Positions 9,167-18,398 are shown, counted from the first letter of the stretch. The stretch: DNA of 62,540 nucleotides from an uncultured Victivallales bacterium (GCA_964598575.1 CAZRCN010000001.1:1-62540), one strand, 5' to 3'. The notes: generated by a model not told the origin, from the sequence alone. Numbers and translations: made by a program.

Positions 9167-10453
9167 ATGCCTTGGTTTTACGAGCAAAAAGATTCCATCC
9201 GTCGCGACGAAATCGAACAAATGTGCCAACGGCTTCTGGACGAGGCACGCGAACGCATGCAATGCAAATTGCGCCGGGTGCTGTTGCTGCCGCCCGATAT
9301 TACGCGAGCACACAGTGGCGCAGGCTGGATCACCGAAACGTTCTACAAGCTACTCGGTCCATCCTGCGAAGTGCACGTCATTCCTACGCTCGGCCAGCAT
9401 GTTGCCCATACCGAAGCCGACAACAAATGGATGTTCGGCTCCGTACCCGAAGCCTGCATCCATGCACACGACTGGCGCAACGGCTGCACGCGGCTGGGCG
9501 TGATTCCAGCTTCCATGGTCAAGGAAAGCACGAAAGGCAAAGCTGACTGGGATATCCCGGTCGATCTCAACACCATGGCCGTCACCGAAAAATGGGATCT
9601 CATCATCAACATCGGGCACGTCGTACCACACGAAGTGCTCGGGTTTGCCAACCACAACAAGAACTACTTCATCGGGCTGGGGGGCAAAGACACCATCTGC
9701 ACCTCGCATCTCGCGGCTGGTGTATACGGCATTGAAAACAACCTCGGCAACCTCATCACACCTCTGCGCGCCTGCTACAACTGGGCCGAAAACGCGTTTC
9801 TGGGCGATCTGCCGCACGTTTACATGCAGGTGACCATGCAGCGCGACGCAGAAAACCAGCTGGTACACAGCGGGGTGTATGTTGGTGACGACCTGGACAC
9901 GTACCTGCTGGCAGCCAAACGGAGCCGCGAACAGAACATTACGCTTTTCGACAAACCCATCAAGAAAATCGTGGCCGTCATGCAGGCCGATGAATTCCGT
10001 GCCACGTGGGTGGCGAACAAGGCCGTGTATCGTACCCGTATGGCCATGGCGGACGGTGGTGAGCTACTCATCATCGCCCCCGGGGTAGAGCGCTTCGGCG
10101 AACAAAAGGAAGTTGATACCCTCATCCGCAAATACGGCTATTGCGGCACACCGAACGTGCTGGAACTGTACCGCAAGGAAGCGGATCTACAGGAATTGGC
10201 GCACGGAGCCGCCCACCTGATGCACGGCTCATCCGAAGGCCGCTTCACCATCCGATATGCCCCCGGCGCACTCTCCCGCGAGGACATAGAAGGCGTGCAC
10301 TATGCCTACGCCGATCTGCAGGAAACCCTCCAGCGCTACAACCCGGACACCATGCAGGAAGGGTTCAATACGATGCCCGATGGCGAAGAAGTCTTCTTCA
10401 TTAGCACACCATCGGCCGGACTCTGGGCCAGCCGCGATACATTTTCGGAATAA
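9167..10453 (+). CDS. LarA-like nickel-pincer (NPN)-dependent racemase/epimerase family protein
   Basis: RBS GAAGGAG. PH(155)EVLGFANHNK(165) followed by TSH(181) reproduces the His-10-Lys-16-His spacing of the Lactobacillus plantarum LarA active site (His174/Lys184/His200, as I recall it). PTLGQH(78)VAH(81) is a candidate for the first catalytic His. Confidence 0.7.
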   Translation: MPWFYEQKDSIRRDEIEQMCQRLLDEARERMQCKLRRVLLLPPDITRAHSGAGWITETFYKLLGPSCEVHVIPTLGQHVAHTEADNKWMFGSVPEACIHAHDWRNGCTRLGVIPASMVKESTKGKADWDIPVDLNTMAVTEKWDLIINIGHVVPHEVLGFANHNKNYFIGLGGKDTICTSHLAAGVYGIENNLGNLITPLRACYNWAENAFLGDLPHVYMQVTMQRDAENQLVHSGVYVGDDLDTYLLAAKRSREQNITLFDKPIKKIVAVMQADEFRATWVANKAVYRTRMAMADGGELLIIAPGVERFGEQKEVDTLIRKYGYCGTPNVLELYRKEADLQELAHGAAHLMHGSSEGRFTIRYAPGALSREDIEGVHYAYADLQETLQRYNPDTMQEGFNTMPDGEEVFFISTPSAGLWASRDTFSE

Positions 10454-10490
10454 CGCGGCCCCGAATATTACCGGAACGGGGAGCGTCTCC

Positions 10491-11156
10491 ATGCCGTTTG
10501 AAGATATGGGCTTTGCCAAAATTGATACCGGACGCACCGAGCGCTGCGGTGCTCCGGAAGCTGTATTCTGTAAGGGCAAAACGCCTGAACAGGTGGCGCT
10601 GATTGTCAAGAAAATGAACGAAGGCTCCACGCCCGTTCTGGCAACCCGCGCCGACACTGCCGTCTATGCCGCCGTACATGAGCTTGTGCCTGAAGCCGAA
10701 TATCACGAATCCGCCCAGCTTGTTTTTATTCGCAAAGGCGTGACACAACCTGATCCCGATCGGTTTATTCTCGTTATGACGGCCGGCACAACAGATATCC
10801 CGGTTGCCGAGGAAGCCGCCTTGACCGCTGAGCTCATGGGGAACCGCGTCGAACGCGTCTTTGATGTTGGCGTGGCTGGCATCCACCGCCTCTTTGCCCA
10901 GATGGAAATCATCGGCCAAGCCAATGTGATCATTGTTGCTGCCGGCATGGAGGGGGCTCTTGCCAGCGTGGTCGGGGGCCTCGTCAGCAAACCGGTCGTC
11001 GCCCTGCCCACCAGTATCGGTTATGGCGCAAGCTTCCAGGGCCTCGCCGCCCTGCTCGGTATGCTCAATAGCTGCTCCGCTGGCATTGCCGTTGTCAATA
11101 TCGACAACGGATTCGGGGCTGGCCGCCTAGCTGGCATGATCAACGCCATGCGCTAA
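10491..11156 (+). CDS. larB: Nickel-pincer cofactor biosynthesis protein LarB (PurE-like NaAD carboxylase/hydrolase)
   Basis: ATG at 10491 follows GGGGAG. MGFAKIDTGRTERCGAPEAVFCKGKT N-terminus plus a PurE-like Rossmann core (MTAGTTDIPVAEEA..., AAGMEGALASVVGG). Confidence 0.8.
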   Translation: MPFEDMGFAKIDTGRTERCGAPEAVFCKGKTPEQVALIVKKMNEGSTPVLATRADTAVYAAVHELVPEAEYHESAQLVFIRKGVTQPDPDRFILVMTAGTTDIPVAEEAALTAELMGNRVERVFDVGVAGIHRLFAQMEIIGQANVIIVAAGMEGALASVVGGLVSKPVVALPTSIGYGASFQGLAALLGMLNSCSAGIAVVNIDNGFGAGRLAGMINAMR

Positions 11157-11158
11157 CC

Positions 11159-12256
11159 TCATAGCATGTCGCAAGCCTTCGCCAGTGCTTGAAGCTGCCT
11201 GAGCCCATGTAACATGCTTTCCGCATCAGCCCCGCAGATCGTGGCATGCCCGACCTTGCGCCCCGGACGCCCCGTCTTGCCATAGGCATGCAGGTGTGCA
11301 CCGGCGATGGACAAAACCGCATCATGCTCCGGCATCGTACCAATGAAATTGACCATTGCCACCGCAGGATAACACAGCGCACACAAGCCCAGCGGTAGCC
11401 CCGCAACTGCCCGCACATGATTCTCAAACTGGCTTGTAACCGCCCCATCCAGCGTCCAATGCCCACTGTTGTGCACCCGCGGGGCCATCTCATTCGCCAG
11501 CAAACCATCACCCGTGTCGAACAACTCCAGCGCCAGGACACCCACATAATCCAGACGCTCCAGCAAAAGACGCGCATAGGTCTCGGCTTGCACCTGCATC
11601 GGATCATCAGCCCGGGGAACCGATACCCGCAAAATCCCGCGTTCGTGCGTATTCTCGGTAACCGGATAAAAGGCCGTGTCCCCCTTCCGTCCGCGCACCG
11701 CCAGTGCCGAGATCTCACGCACAAAAGGGACAAACGACTCCAGGATGCAGGGCACCCCGCGCGTCTCTTGCCATACTGCCGCCAGATCCACGCCTTCACG
11801 CAGCACATATTGCCCCTTGCCGTCATAGCCCAGCGTTCGTGTCTTCAAGACCGATGGAACCCCGATCCGTGCCACCGCCGCCTCTAGATCAGAAAGACTG
11901 TCGACCGCCGCAAAGTCCGGCGTACCAATCCCAAGCTCCCGAAACAGGGTTTTCTCTTGCAACCGGTCACGCGCCACCGCCAAGGCCGCGGCCGAAGGAT
12001 ACACCGGAAGCTGTTCGGCAAGATGCGAAACACTCTCCGCCGGCGGATTCTCAAACTCATAGGTTATGACATCGGCCTGCGCGGCAAGCTGATCCAACCC
12101 CTCCGTATCCGCATAGGCCCCCAAGACCTGCCCCGCCACAACATGCGAGCAGGCATCAGCCGCCGGATCCAGCACAACACACGAAACGCCCAGCGGATGA
12201 CCGGCCAAAGCCAACATCCGCGCCAGTTGACCACCCCCCAGAATGCCTACCTTCAT
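11159..12256 (-). CDS. purK: N5-carboxyaminoimidazole ribonucleotide synthase
   Basis: [15 protein letters not shown]..., ATP-grasp body, typical length. The ATG overlaps the purE stop (ATGA at 12253-12256). Confidence 0.9.
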   Translation of the reverse strand: MKVGILGGGQLARMLALAGHPLGVSCVVLDPAADACSHVVAGQVLGAYADTEGLDQLAAQADVITYEFENPPAESVSHLAEQLPVYPSAAALAVARDRLQEKTLFRELGIGTPDFAAVDSLSDLEAAVARIGVPSVLKTRTLGYDGKGQYVLREGVDLAAVWQETRGVPCILESFVPFVREISALAVRGRKGDTAFYPVTENTHERGILRVSVPRADDPMQVQAETYARLLLERLDYVGVLALELFDTGDGLLANEMAPRVHNSGHWTLDGAVTSQFENHVRAVAGLPLGLCALCYPAVAMVNFIGTMPEHDAVLSIAGAHLHAYGKTGRPGRKVGHATICGADAESMLHGLRQLQALAKACDML

Positions 12257-12747
12257 GCCGCCTCGCTTGGATCAGGATGTTCCAGAACCGTCTCGGTTTG
12301 CCGCGTACGATAGGTTTCCAGCGCATCGCGAACCCCGGCATCTGTAACGCCCAGAATGGCTGCGGCCAGCAACGCCGCATTCACCGCACCCGACCGACCA
12401 ATCGCCATAGTCCCGACCGGCACACCAGCCGGCATCTGCACAATCGAAAGCAAGGAATCCATCCCGTTCAGCGCTTTGGATTGTACCGGCACCCCCAGGA
12501 CAGGCAACGAGGTTTTTGCCGCCGTCATGCCCGGCAAATGCGCGGCCCCACCAGCACCCGCGATGATCACCGCAATCCCCCGCTCGCGCGCTGCCTCGGC
12601 ATACGCAAACAACTTGTCCGGCGTCCGGTGGGCCGACACCACCTCGGTTTCGTAGGCAATGCCCAGATCCTCCAGCGTTTGTACAGCATGCCGCATCGTC
12701 TCCCAATCCGACTTCGATCCCATGATCACGCCAACCTTTGGTTCCAT
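12253..12747 (-). CDS. purE: N5-carboxyaminoimidazole ribonucleotide mutase
   Basis: [40 protein letters not shown]; GGAGG RBS. Confidence 0.9.
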   Translation of the reverse strand: MEPKVGVIMGSKSDWETMRHAVQTLEDLGIAYETEVVSAHRTPDKLFAYAEAARERGIAVIIAGAGGAAHLPGMTAAKTSLPVLGVPVQSKALNGMDSLLSIVQMPAGVPVGTMAIGRSGAVNAALLAAAILGVTDAGVRDALETYRTRQTETVLEHPDPSEAA

Positions 12748-12954
12748 ATCGCGCCTCCTCTTCTCTGCTTCAAGCCTCCCCGGAACGCCACCCTACGCCC
12801 CCTGACGCCTTGCACACAGTACGAACCCTCCACCACTTTTGCAACCAGAACCACAAAAACGCGGGAATGCCTGCCGCTGAATGAGCGTGACAGCCCCGCC
12901 GGTCTTTTGCTACATACGTCTCGTTGTATACGCAAACAAGCAGGATATGCGCGC

Positions 12955-13983
12955 ATGATGATTCGACAACAAGCTTATGCCCGTGGTGGACTTATCGGGA
13001 ATCCCTCCGATGGCTATTTCGGCAAAACCATTGCCCTCACCTTTACAAATTTCCGGGCTGATGTGGTCCTCTACCAGACACCCGACCTGGAAATCCTTCC
13101 CAACCGGCGCGATCATTCACGCTTTACCGGTATCCAGCAATTAGCCAATGACGTGAGCCTCTTTGGCTATTATGGCGGTATCCGCCTCCTGAAGGCCTCC
13201 GTCAAAAAGTTTTATGATTATGCGCAGGAGCAGGGGCACGCATTACATGACAAGAACTTCACCCTGCATTACACCTCGGACATCCCCCACCAGGTGGGCC
13301 TCGCCGGGTCCAGTGCCATTATCACCGCCTGCATGCGCTGCCTGATGGAATGCTACGAACTTTCTATCCCCCAGCCCCAGCTCGCTAACCTCATCCTCTC
13401 CGTCGAAACCGAAGAACTCGGCATTTCTGCCGGGCTCCAGGACCGGGTTGCGCAAACCTACGGCGGACTCGTCTACATGAATTTCGACCAGGCCGGCATG
13501 CAACAAAACGGGTATGGACAATACGAACCACTCGATCCCGCTGCACTGCCGCCCCTCTACATTGCCTATCGTACGGATCTTTCCCAAGGCTCCGACGTCG
13601 TGCATAACAACCTGCGACAGCGCTTCAACAACCAGGACCCCGAAGTGCTTGACGCCATCCGGTTCTGGGCCGATCTCACCGAACAGGCCCGCCATTGCCT
13701 GCTACAAGGCGAAGGCCACAAACTCGGCGAACTTCTCAACGCCAACTTCGATCGACGCACCGAACTCTACGACGTCGGCAAAGGAAATCGTGACATGGTT
13801 GCCGCCGCTCGCAGCACCGGGGCCAGTGCCAAATTCACAGGCTCCGGCGGCGCCATCATCGGAACCTACGAAAACGACAACATGCTCAAGGCCCTCAAAC
13901 AGGAACTCGGCAACCTCGCATGCGAAGTCCTGCTGCCCGAGATTTCCCCCGCCATCCCCCCTGCCACCCAATCCGAATCGTAA
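12955..13983 (+). CDS. GHMP kinase, glucuronokinase-like
   Basis: The real start is inside ORF 12277..13983, at ATGATG 12955. GNPSDGYFG, GYYGGIRLL, GLAGSSAI, GLQDRVAQTYGGLVYM and ASAKFTGSGGA match, motif for motif, my recollection of plant glucuronokinase (GlcAK). Confidence 0.6.
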   Translation: MMIRQQAYARGGLIGNPSDGYFGKTIALTFTNFRADVVLYQTPDLEILPNRRDHSRFTGIQQLANDVSLFGYYGGIRLLKASVKKFYDYAQEQGHALHDKNFTLHYTSDIPHQVGLAGSSAIITACMRCLMECYELSIPQPQLANLILSVETEELGISAGLQDRVAQTYGGLVYMNFDQAGMQQNGYGQYEPLDPAALPPLYIAYRTDLSQGSDVVHNNLRQRFNNQDPEVLDAIRFWADLTEQARHCLLQGEGHKLGELLNANFDRRTELYDVGKGNRDMVAAARSTGASAKFTGSGGAIIGTYENDNMLKALKQELGNLACEVLLPEISPAIPPATQSES

Positions 13984-14014
13984 TCCTAATCGTCCCAACC
14001 CAAGGAGCCCCACC

Positions 14015-14887
14015 ATGATACGCAAAGCCGTCATTCCCGCCGCAGGATTTGGCACCCGGTTTCTACCGGCAACCAAAGCGCAACCCAAGGAAATGCTGCC
14101 CGTCGTCGATACCCCGGTCATCCAGTACGTCGTGGCAGAAGCCGTGCAGTCAGGCATTACTGATATTATCATCGTGATCGGACGCGGGAAGCGCGCCATC
14201 GAGGAGCACTTCGATCGCACGCTCGAACTGGAAGCACAGCTCGAACGACGCGGCAAAACCGATATGCTCGCATACGTACGCAGCATCTCCGAGATGGCCG
14301 ATGTTCACTTTGTCTGGCAAAAGGAAATGCGGGGACTCGGCGATGCCGTATACTGCGCCCGGCACCACGTCGGCGACGAACCCTTTGCCGTCCTGCTGGG
14401 CGATACCATCATCGAAACCACAACCCAGTCACCCCTGACGCGCCAACTCTCCGATATCCATGACCAGTACGAAGCACCCGTCATCGCCCTGCAGGAGGTG
14501 CCCCTCGAGCATGTCAGCCGTTACGGCATCGCCAAAGGCAACAACATCACAGCAGGCCTCCTCGAAATCCAGGATCTCGTCGAAAAACCCTCCCCCGCAG
14601 AAGCCCCCACTAATCTCGCCGTTTCCGCCCGCTATATCCTGACACCAGAAATTTTTGGGTTTATTGCCGATACCCAGCGGGGCAAAAACGACGAAATCCA
14701 GCTCACGGATGCCCTCCGGCGGCAGTTACAAACGCGGCATGCCTACGGGCTTTGCTTCGAAGGCACCCGCTATGATGTGGGCAACAAGGCTGACTTCATC
14801 AAAACCAACATCGACTTTGCCTTGCGCGACCCAGACCTGCGCGACGAACTCACTGCTTACCTTCAACAAATCACAGCCACCTTGTAA
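14015..14887 (+). CDS. galU: UTP--glucose-1-phosphate uridylyltransferase family (GalU-type sugar-1-P uridylyltransferase)
   Basis: ATG at 14015 follows AAGGAG. KAVIPAAGFGTRFLPATKAQPKEMLPVVD, VWQKEMRGLGDAV, ARYILTPEIF. Confidence 0.85.
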   Translation: MIRKAVIPAAGFGTRFLPATKAQPKEMLPVVDTPVIQYVVAEAVQSGITDIIIVIGRGKRAIEEHFDRTLELEAQLERRGKTDMLAYVRSISEMADVHFVWQKEMRGLGDAVYCARHHVGDEPFAVLLGDTIIETTTQSPLTRQLSDIHDQYEAPVIALQEVPLEHVSRYGIAKGNNITAGLLEIQDLVEKPSPAEAPTNLAVSARYILTPEIFGFIADTQRGKNDEIQLTDALRRQLQTRHAYGLCFEGTRYDVGNKADFIKTNIDFALRDPDLRDELTAYLQQITATL

Positions 14888-14954
14888 GCATGCATCCCCA
14901 GCCCTCGCCGCAAACCCAATCGACAACAAACAGGTGGTTGAAGCGTTTTTGCTG

Positions 14955-16850
14955 TCAACCTGCCATCTGTGGTACATCAGGCCTTACGCGGCAGCGGGAC
15001 AACACGCGGGCAAGCGTCGGACAGGTATTGGTTTGCGCCAGAAGCATCTGCAACGTTTCGCATGCAACTGGTATATAAGCGGCAAAACGATCCGTTCCCG
15101 GCTGTGCGCTGAGCCGCCCGAAAGCCCCCAACGCCTGCACGAGCCGCTGAATCCCCCCCCACGGCAGCATGGCCCGGATGCGATCCGCAGCCTCCATATC
15201 CACCCCGCGTAGGTAAACGGACAGATAGTCCGCACGCTCGCTGGGCGAAAGTGCGACATACGGATCATAGAGCAAAGACGCGAGATCATATACGGCCGGT
15301 CCCGCACGCATGCCCTGAAAATCGATTATGACGGGTTTATCCCGGTGCAGTAGGATGTTGCTGGACTGCAAATCGCGATGTAGCAGTACACGTGGCTCGT
15401 GTGTCAGTCGCCGCGCTACCTCCTCCAGCTCTCGTGCAATGTCGCCGGTGCATCGGCCCAACAGTGTGTCGTACTTCGCAAGGAAATGCTCCGCAAACAG
15501 GTTGTGCTCCCAGGCCAAGAGGTCGGCATCAAAGCCGCGCTCCAGGGGGGGACATGTCCCCAATGGGATGGCATGCAGCCGCGCCACCATGCGCATGACC
15601 CGCCGGTACCAGACCGCACGTCGGTCAGCGGGAACATCCTGCAGCGCCTCTTGCCCGGCATCTTCCAGCACGAGGGTGCCGCGCGAGACATCCTCCCGCA
15701 GTACCCGCGGCACCCGGATGCCCTGTTCCAGCAAAAAACGGGCATGCCCTGCATAGCGGGCATTCTCCGGCCTCTGGTCAGAGCGTGAACGAATCAGGAT
15801 GACAGAGCGCCGCTTGCCTGCCAGCCGCACAAACGAACGGTCTGACCCCCGTCGTGGAAGCTGAATATACAACGTATGGGCAGGGGACATGCGCAAGGCC
15901 TGCAAGGTTTCGCGGACATACGGATCGATACCCGGAAGATCAGCACGCACCACACAGCTATCCTGTACGGGAACATGCACCTGCACCCCGCGCCCGACGA
16001 TGGAACGAACCACGGAACCACCCGCCGCAATCCGAGATCCTTCCCACAGCACCGAACCCATGCCGCATCCCCCGCTGCTACCGAAGGTCCCACCGGCAGC
16101 CCGTTCGCGCAAAACCGCAGGAACCTCGCCGTGCGCTTGCAGGTAGCGTGCCGGGGTACCCAGATCCGCCCAGTAGCTCCCCGGCGAACAGCACCCATGC
16201 ACGGGACGCCCTTGCGCTCCCAAGCTGCGGCAAGCCTCTATCACGGAGCTAAACGGTTTCCTGGGCAGGGCATCCAGTAAACGCGGATGAAAGATCTGGA
16301 TACCGCAATAAGTATAGGTGCCGGGCCTGCCGGGATGTTGTACGGCAAAATCCTCAATGACCCCCTGCTTATTGCACGCCACCGTTCGTGGGCCGCGCCT
16401 CGCATCCAGCCACAATACCGCGGGCGGCTGCTTTTGCCGGAATTGACGCACCAGCGGTACCGGATCCAGCACAAAGGCAATATCTGTATTTACCAGCCAG
16501 CAAGGGTCCTGCCCCACAAAGAAGGCTGCCCGACGCAGCGCGCCCCCCGTCCCCAGTATATCCGGCTCGTACGAGAAAACGATGCGCGGGGTGCCCCTCG
16601 GCTTTTGCGCCCGGAACCATGACAGGATTTCCTGCGGGGCATGATGCAAATTGATCAGGACCTCCTGCACGCCCCACGCCTCAAGGGACAGCAAGGCATG
16701 CTCCAGCAACGGAACCCCGCATAGCGGCATCATCGGCTTGGGCAAATCCCATGATAATGGCTCCATACGCGTGCCGAAGCCTGCTGCCAGCAATATGGCT
16801 TTACGCGGCATCTTGAGCCGATGTTGTATGGCGTACGGTTGTGCTTTCAT
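14955..16850 (-). CDS. Fused sugar-1-phosphate nucleotidyltransferase (MurU-like) + anomeric sugar kinase (AmgK-like, APH fold)
   Basis: The start at 16850 overlaps the upstream stop as ATGA; the 17354 start in the ORF track runs through the upstream gene. N-terminal part: ILLAAGFGTRMEPLSWDLPKPMMPL. Central part: a short hexapeptide-repeat-like stretch. C-terminal part: LLHRDLQSSNILL and VIIDFQGM (HxDxxxxN / DFx kinase motifs). Confidence 0.7.
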   Translation of the reverse strand: MKAQPYAIQHRLKMPRKAILLAAGFGTRMEPLSWDLPKPMMPLCGVPLLEHALLSLEAWGVQEVLINLHHAPQEILSWFRAQKPRGTPRIVFSYEPDILGTGGALRRAAFFVGQDPCWLVNTDIAFVLDPVPLVRQFRQKQPPAVLWLDARRGPRTVACNKQGVIEDFAVQHPGRPGTYTYCGIQIFHPRLLDALPRKPFSSVIEACRSLGAQGRPVHGCCSPGSYWADLGTPARYLQAHGEVPAVLRERAAGGTFGSSGGCGMGSVLWEGSRIAAGGSVVRSIVGRGVQVHVPVQDSCVVRADLPGIDPYVRETLQALRMSPAHTLYIQLPRRGSDRSFVRLAGKRRSVILIRSRSDQRPENARYAGHARFLLEQGIRVPRVLREDVSRGTLVLEDAGQEALQDVPADRRAVWYRRVMRMVARLHAIPLGTCPPLERGFDADLLAWEHNLFAEHFLAKYDTLLGRCTGDIARELEEVARRLTHEPRVLLHRDLQSSNILLHRDKPVIIDFQGMRAGPAVYDLASLLYDPYVALSPSERADYLSVYLRGVDMEAADRIRAMLPWGGIQRLVQALGAFGRLSAQPGTDRFAAYIPVACETLQMLLAQTNTCPTLARVLSRCRVRPDVPQMAG

Positions 16851-18052
16851 CGATACAGAAGTGCCGCCTCTCTCTGTCGCAAAAAATCCGGATAGGTCCA
16901 TGTCGGGAGAATATCGGAGGGTGTCCGCCCGCGCAACAGGGCAGTCCGGACTGAATCGGTGCCCATCAATTGATCGAAAAAGGCGGGGCGCGCGCGTGGA
17001 TGCTGCCAGACGCGACGGCGTCCGTACTGGGTGGTTAGCGTATATAAAAGGTGCACCAGGGTCTCGGACGGACGAAATGCCTTCGGATCCGTCACGGTGC
17101 ACCGAATGCCCGGCAGTTGCTTTGCCTGGGCATCGGGCACGTATACATGGGGATGAAACCGAACCCCCGGCAGCTTGCAGGCCATAAGCGCCGCAGATAA
17201 CGCCTGCGGTTCCATCCAGGGAGCGCCGATGAGCTGGAAGGGCATGGTCGTATGTCGACCATGGTCGATATGTGGCAGCCCCTCGAATCCTACCATGGCC
17301 GGATATGCAACCGCCGTGTCCGCATTGCGGATGGCTGGCGAAGGCGATACCCACGGATGATGATACCAGAATCCTGCCTGGTGACGGCCAAACCCTGACA
17401 TGGGCAGAACGGTCAGCGACACGTCCGGCAACAGGTTTTGCTGCATCCAGCGGGCGATCTCGGCCGGTGTCATCCCATAGCAGAAAGGCACCGGGATCTT
17501 CCCGACAAAGCTCTCAAACCCAGGATCCAGCATAGGGCCATCTACGGTGTCCGGCAAAGGGATGGGGCGATCAGCCACCACCACGGGCAGACCTTGCCGA
17601 CCCGCCGCCTCTAATGCCAGATACAGCGTCGAGACATAGGTGTAGGGCCGGTATCCCAGATCCTGCAAATCCACCAGCAGGACATCTGCATTCCGTAACC
17701 AGTTAGATCGGGGAGCACGTGTTTGACCATACAGGGAATAGACGGGTACCTGCCAGACCGGATGCCGAAAGCTACGGCAAGCCTTCCCTGCCCCAGCATG
17801 CCCCAGAAATCCATGCTCCGGCCCCATCACGGCTATCAGTTTGCCGTGGCCGCTTTCCAATACCCAATCCACCGAACTGGCTCCATCCGGTGTCAGGGCC
17901 GCCGTATGACTCAGCATCAGGACGCGTGGCCGGCGCAAACCTACGGACCCTTTTCCCCACTGCACAATCCCCGGCACAACCGGCTCTCCGGCTGCCCCCC
18001 CCGCTGCGTCCTTGCTCCCCGCCTTTTGCATCAGGACAACCTTTCTTTCCAT
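16847..18052 (-). CDS. DUF1343 / NamZ-like exo-beta-N-acetylmuramidase
   Basis: DUF1343-like layout (..RVLMLSHTAALTPDG.., LVDLQDLGYRPYTY, GMTPAEIARW). The start is uncertain: GTG 18064, ATG 18052 or ATG 18031. No signal peptide from any of these starts. Confidence 0.65.
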   Translation of the reverse strand: MERKVVLMQKAGSKDAAGGAAGEPVVPGIVQWGKGSVGLRRPRVLMLSHTAALTPDGASSVDWVLESGHGKLIAVMGPEHGFLGHAGAGKACRSFRHPVWQVPVYSLYGQTRAPRSNWLRNADVLLVDLQDLGYRPYTYVSTLYLALEAAGRQGLPVVVADRPIPLPDTVDGPMLDPGFESFVGKIPVPFCYGMTPAEIARWMQQNLLPDVSLTVLPMSGFGRHQAGFWYHHPWVSPSPAIRNADTAVAYPAMVGFEGLPHIDHGRHTTMPFQLIGAPWMEPQALSAALMACKLPGVRFHPHVYVPDAQAKQLPGIRCTVTDPKAFRPSETLVHLLYTLTTQYGRRRVWQHPRARPAFFDQLMGTDSVRTALLRGRTPSDILPTWTYPDFLRQREAALLYR

Positions 18053-18076
18053 AACGCCATACACGCTGAAATCGCT

Positions 18077-18151
18077 TGTTCACAACCTGTTCATAACTTT
18101 TGCATAGCTGTGCACAACTCCAGAACCACTATATATTGCGGTGTCCACAAC
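18077..18151. promoter_or_regulatory. Three phased direct repeats TGTNCACAAC upstream of the NamZ-like operon (candidate operator array)
   Basis: TGTTCACAAC 18077-18086, TGTGCACAAC 18109-18118, TGTCCACAAC 18142-18151, spaced 32 and 33 bp. Two weaker copies: TGTTTACAAC 18344-18353 and TATGCACAAG 18360-18369. Confidence 0.4.
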
Positions 18152-18398
18152 GCAGACCACAAGGGTTGCTACCCTAACACCCTCCTAACAGGACGTTAAT
18201 TTGTATATTCCTATACATAAATGACTTACAAAAACAACCGTGTTGCAGTGGCGGTTTTTGTTCGCTTATGTACTATATTCGTAAATCTATTGGAAACCAA
18301 CAAGTTACGGCATTTCAGACCATAAATCACACCATTCGGGGGGTGTTTACAACAAGCACTATGCACAAGGTAAAACGATGGCGCCTCTCAGCCTGCCA

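Noticed and set aside
10491-11156. A second purE copy, 3 nt from the end of purK and 1.1 kb from purE.
   Set aside because: The N-terminal GFAKIDxxRxxRxGxPE segment and the larger size are LarB features. The gene is co-directional with the LarA-like gene and convergent with purK-purE. The proximity of the two PurE-fold genes looks coincidental.
16851-17354. The N-terminal 168 codons of ORF-track entry 14955..17354.
   Set aside because: This stretch runs through the NamZ-like gene in another frame. The ATG at 16850 forms a classic ATGA overlap with that gene's stop, and the nucleotidyltransferase motif starts 20 residues later.
18065-18398. Replication origin (oriC), suggested by DnaA-box-like 9-mers and an AT-rich stretch.
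   Set aside because: Genes on both sides are transcribed in the same direction, and no dnaA, dnaN or other origin-linked gene is nearby. The boxes are 7-8/9 matches and all in one orientation. I kept the region as a candidate regulatory array. A GC-skew analysis of the whole genome would settle it.
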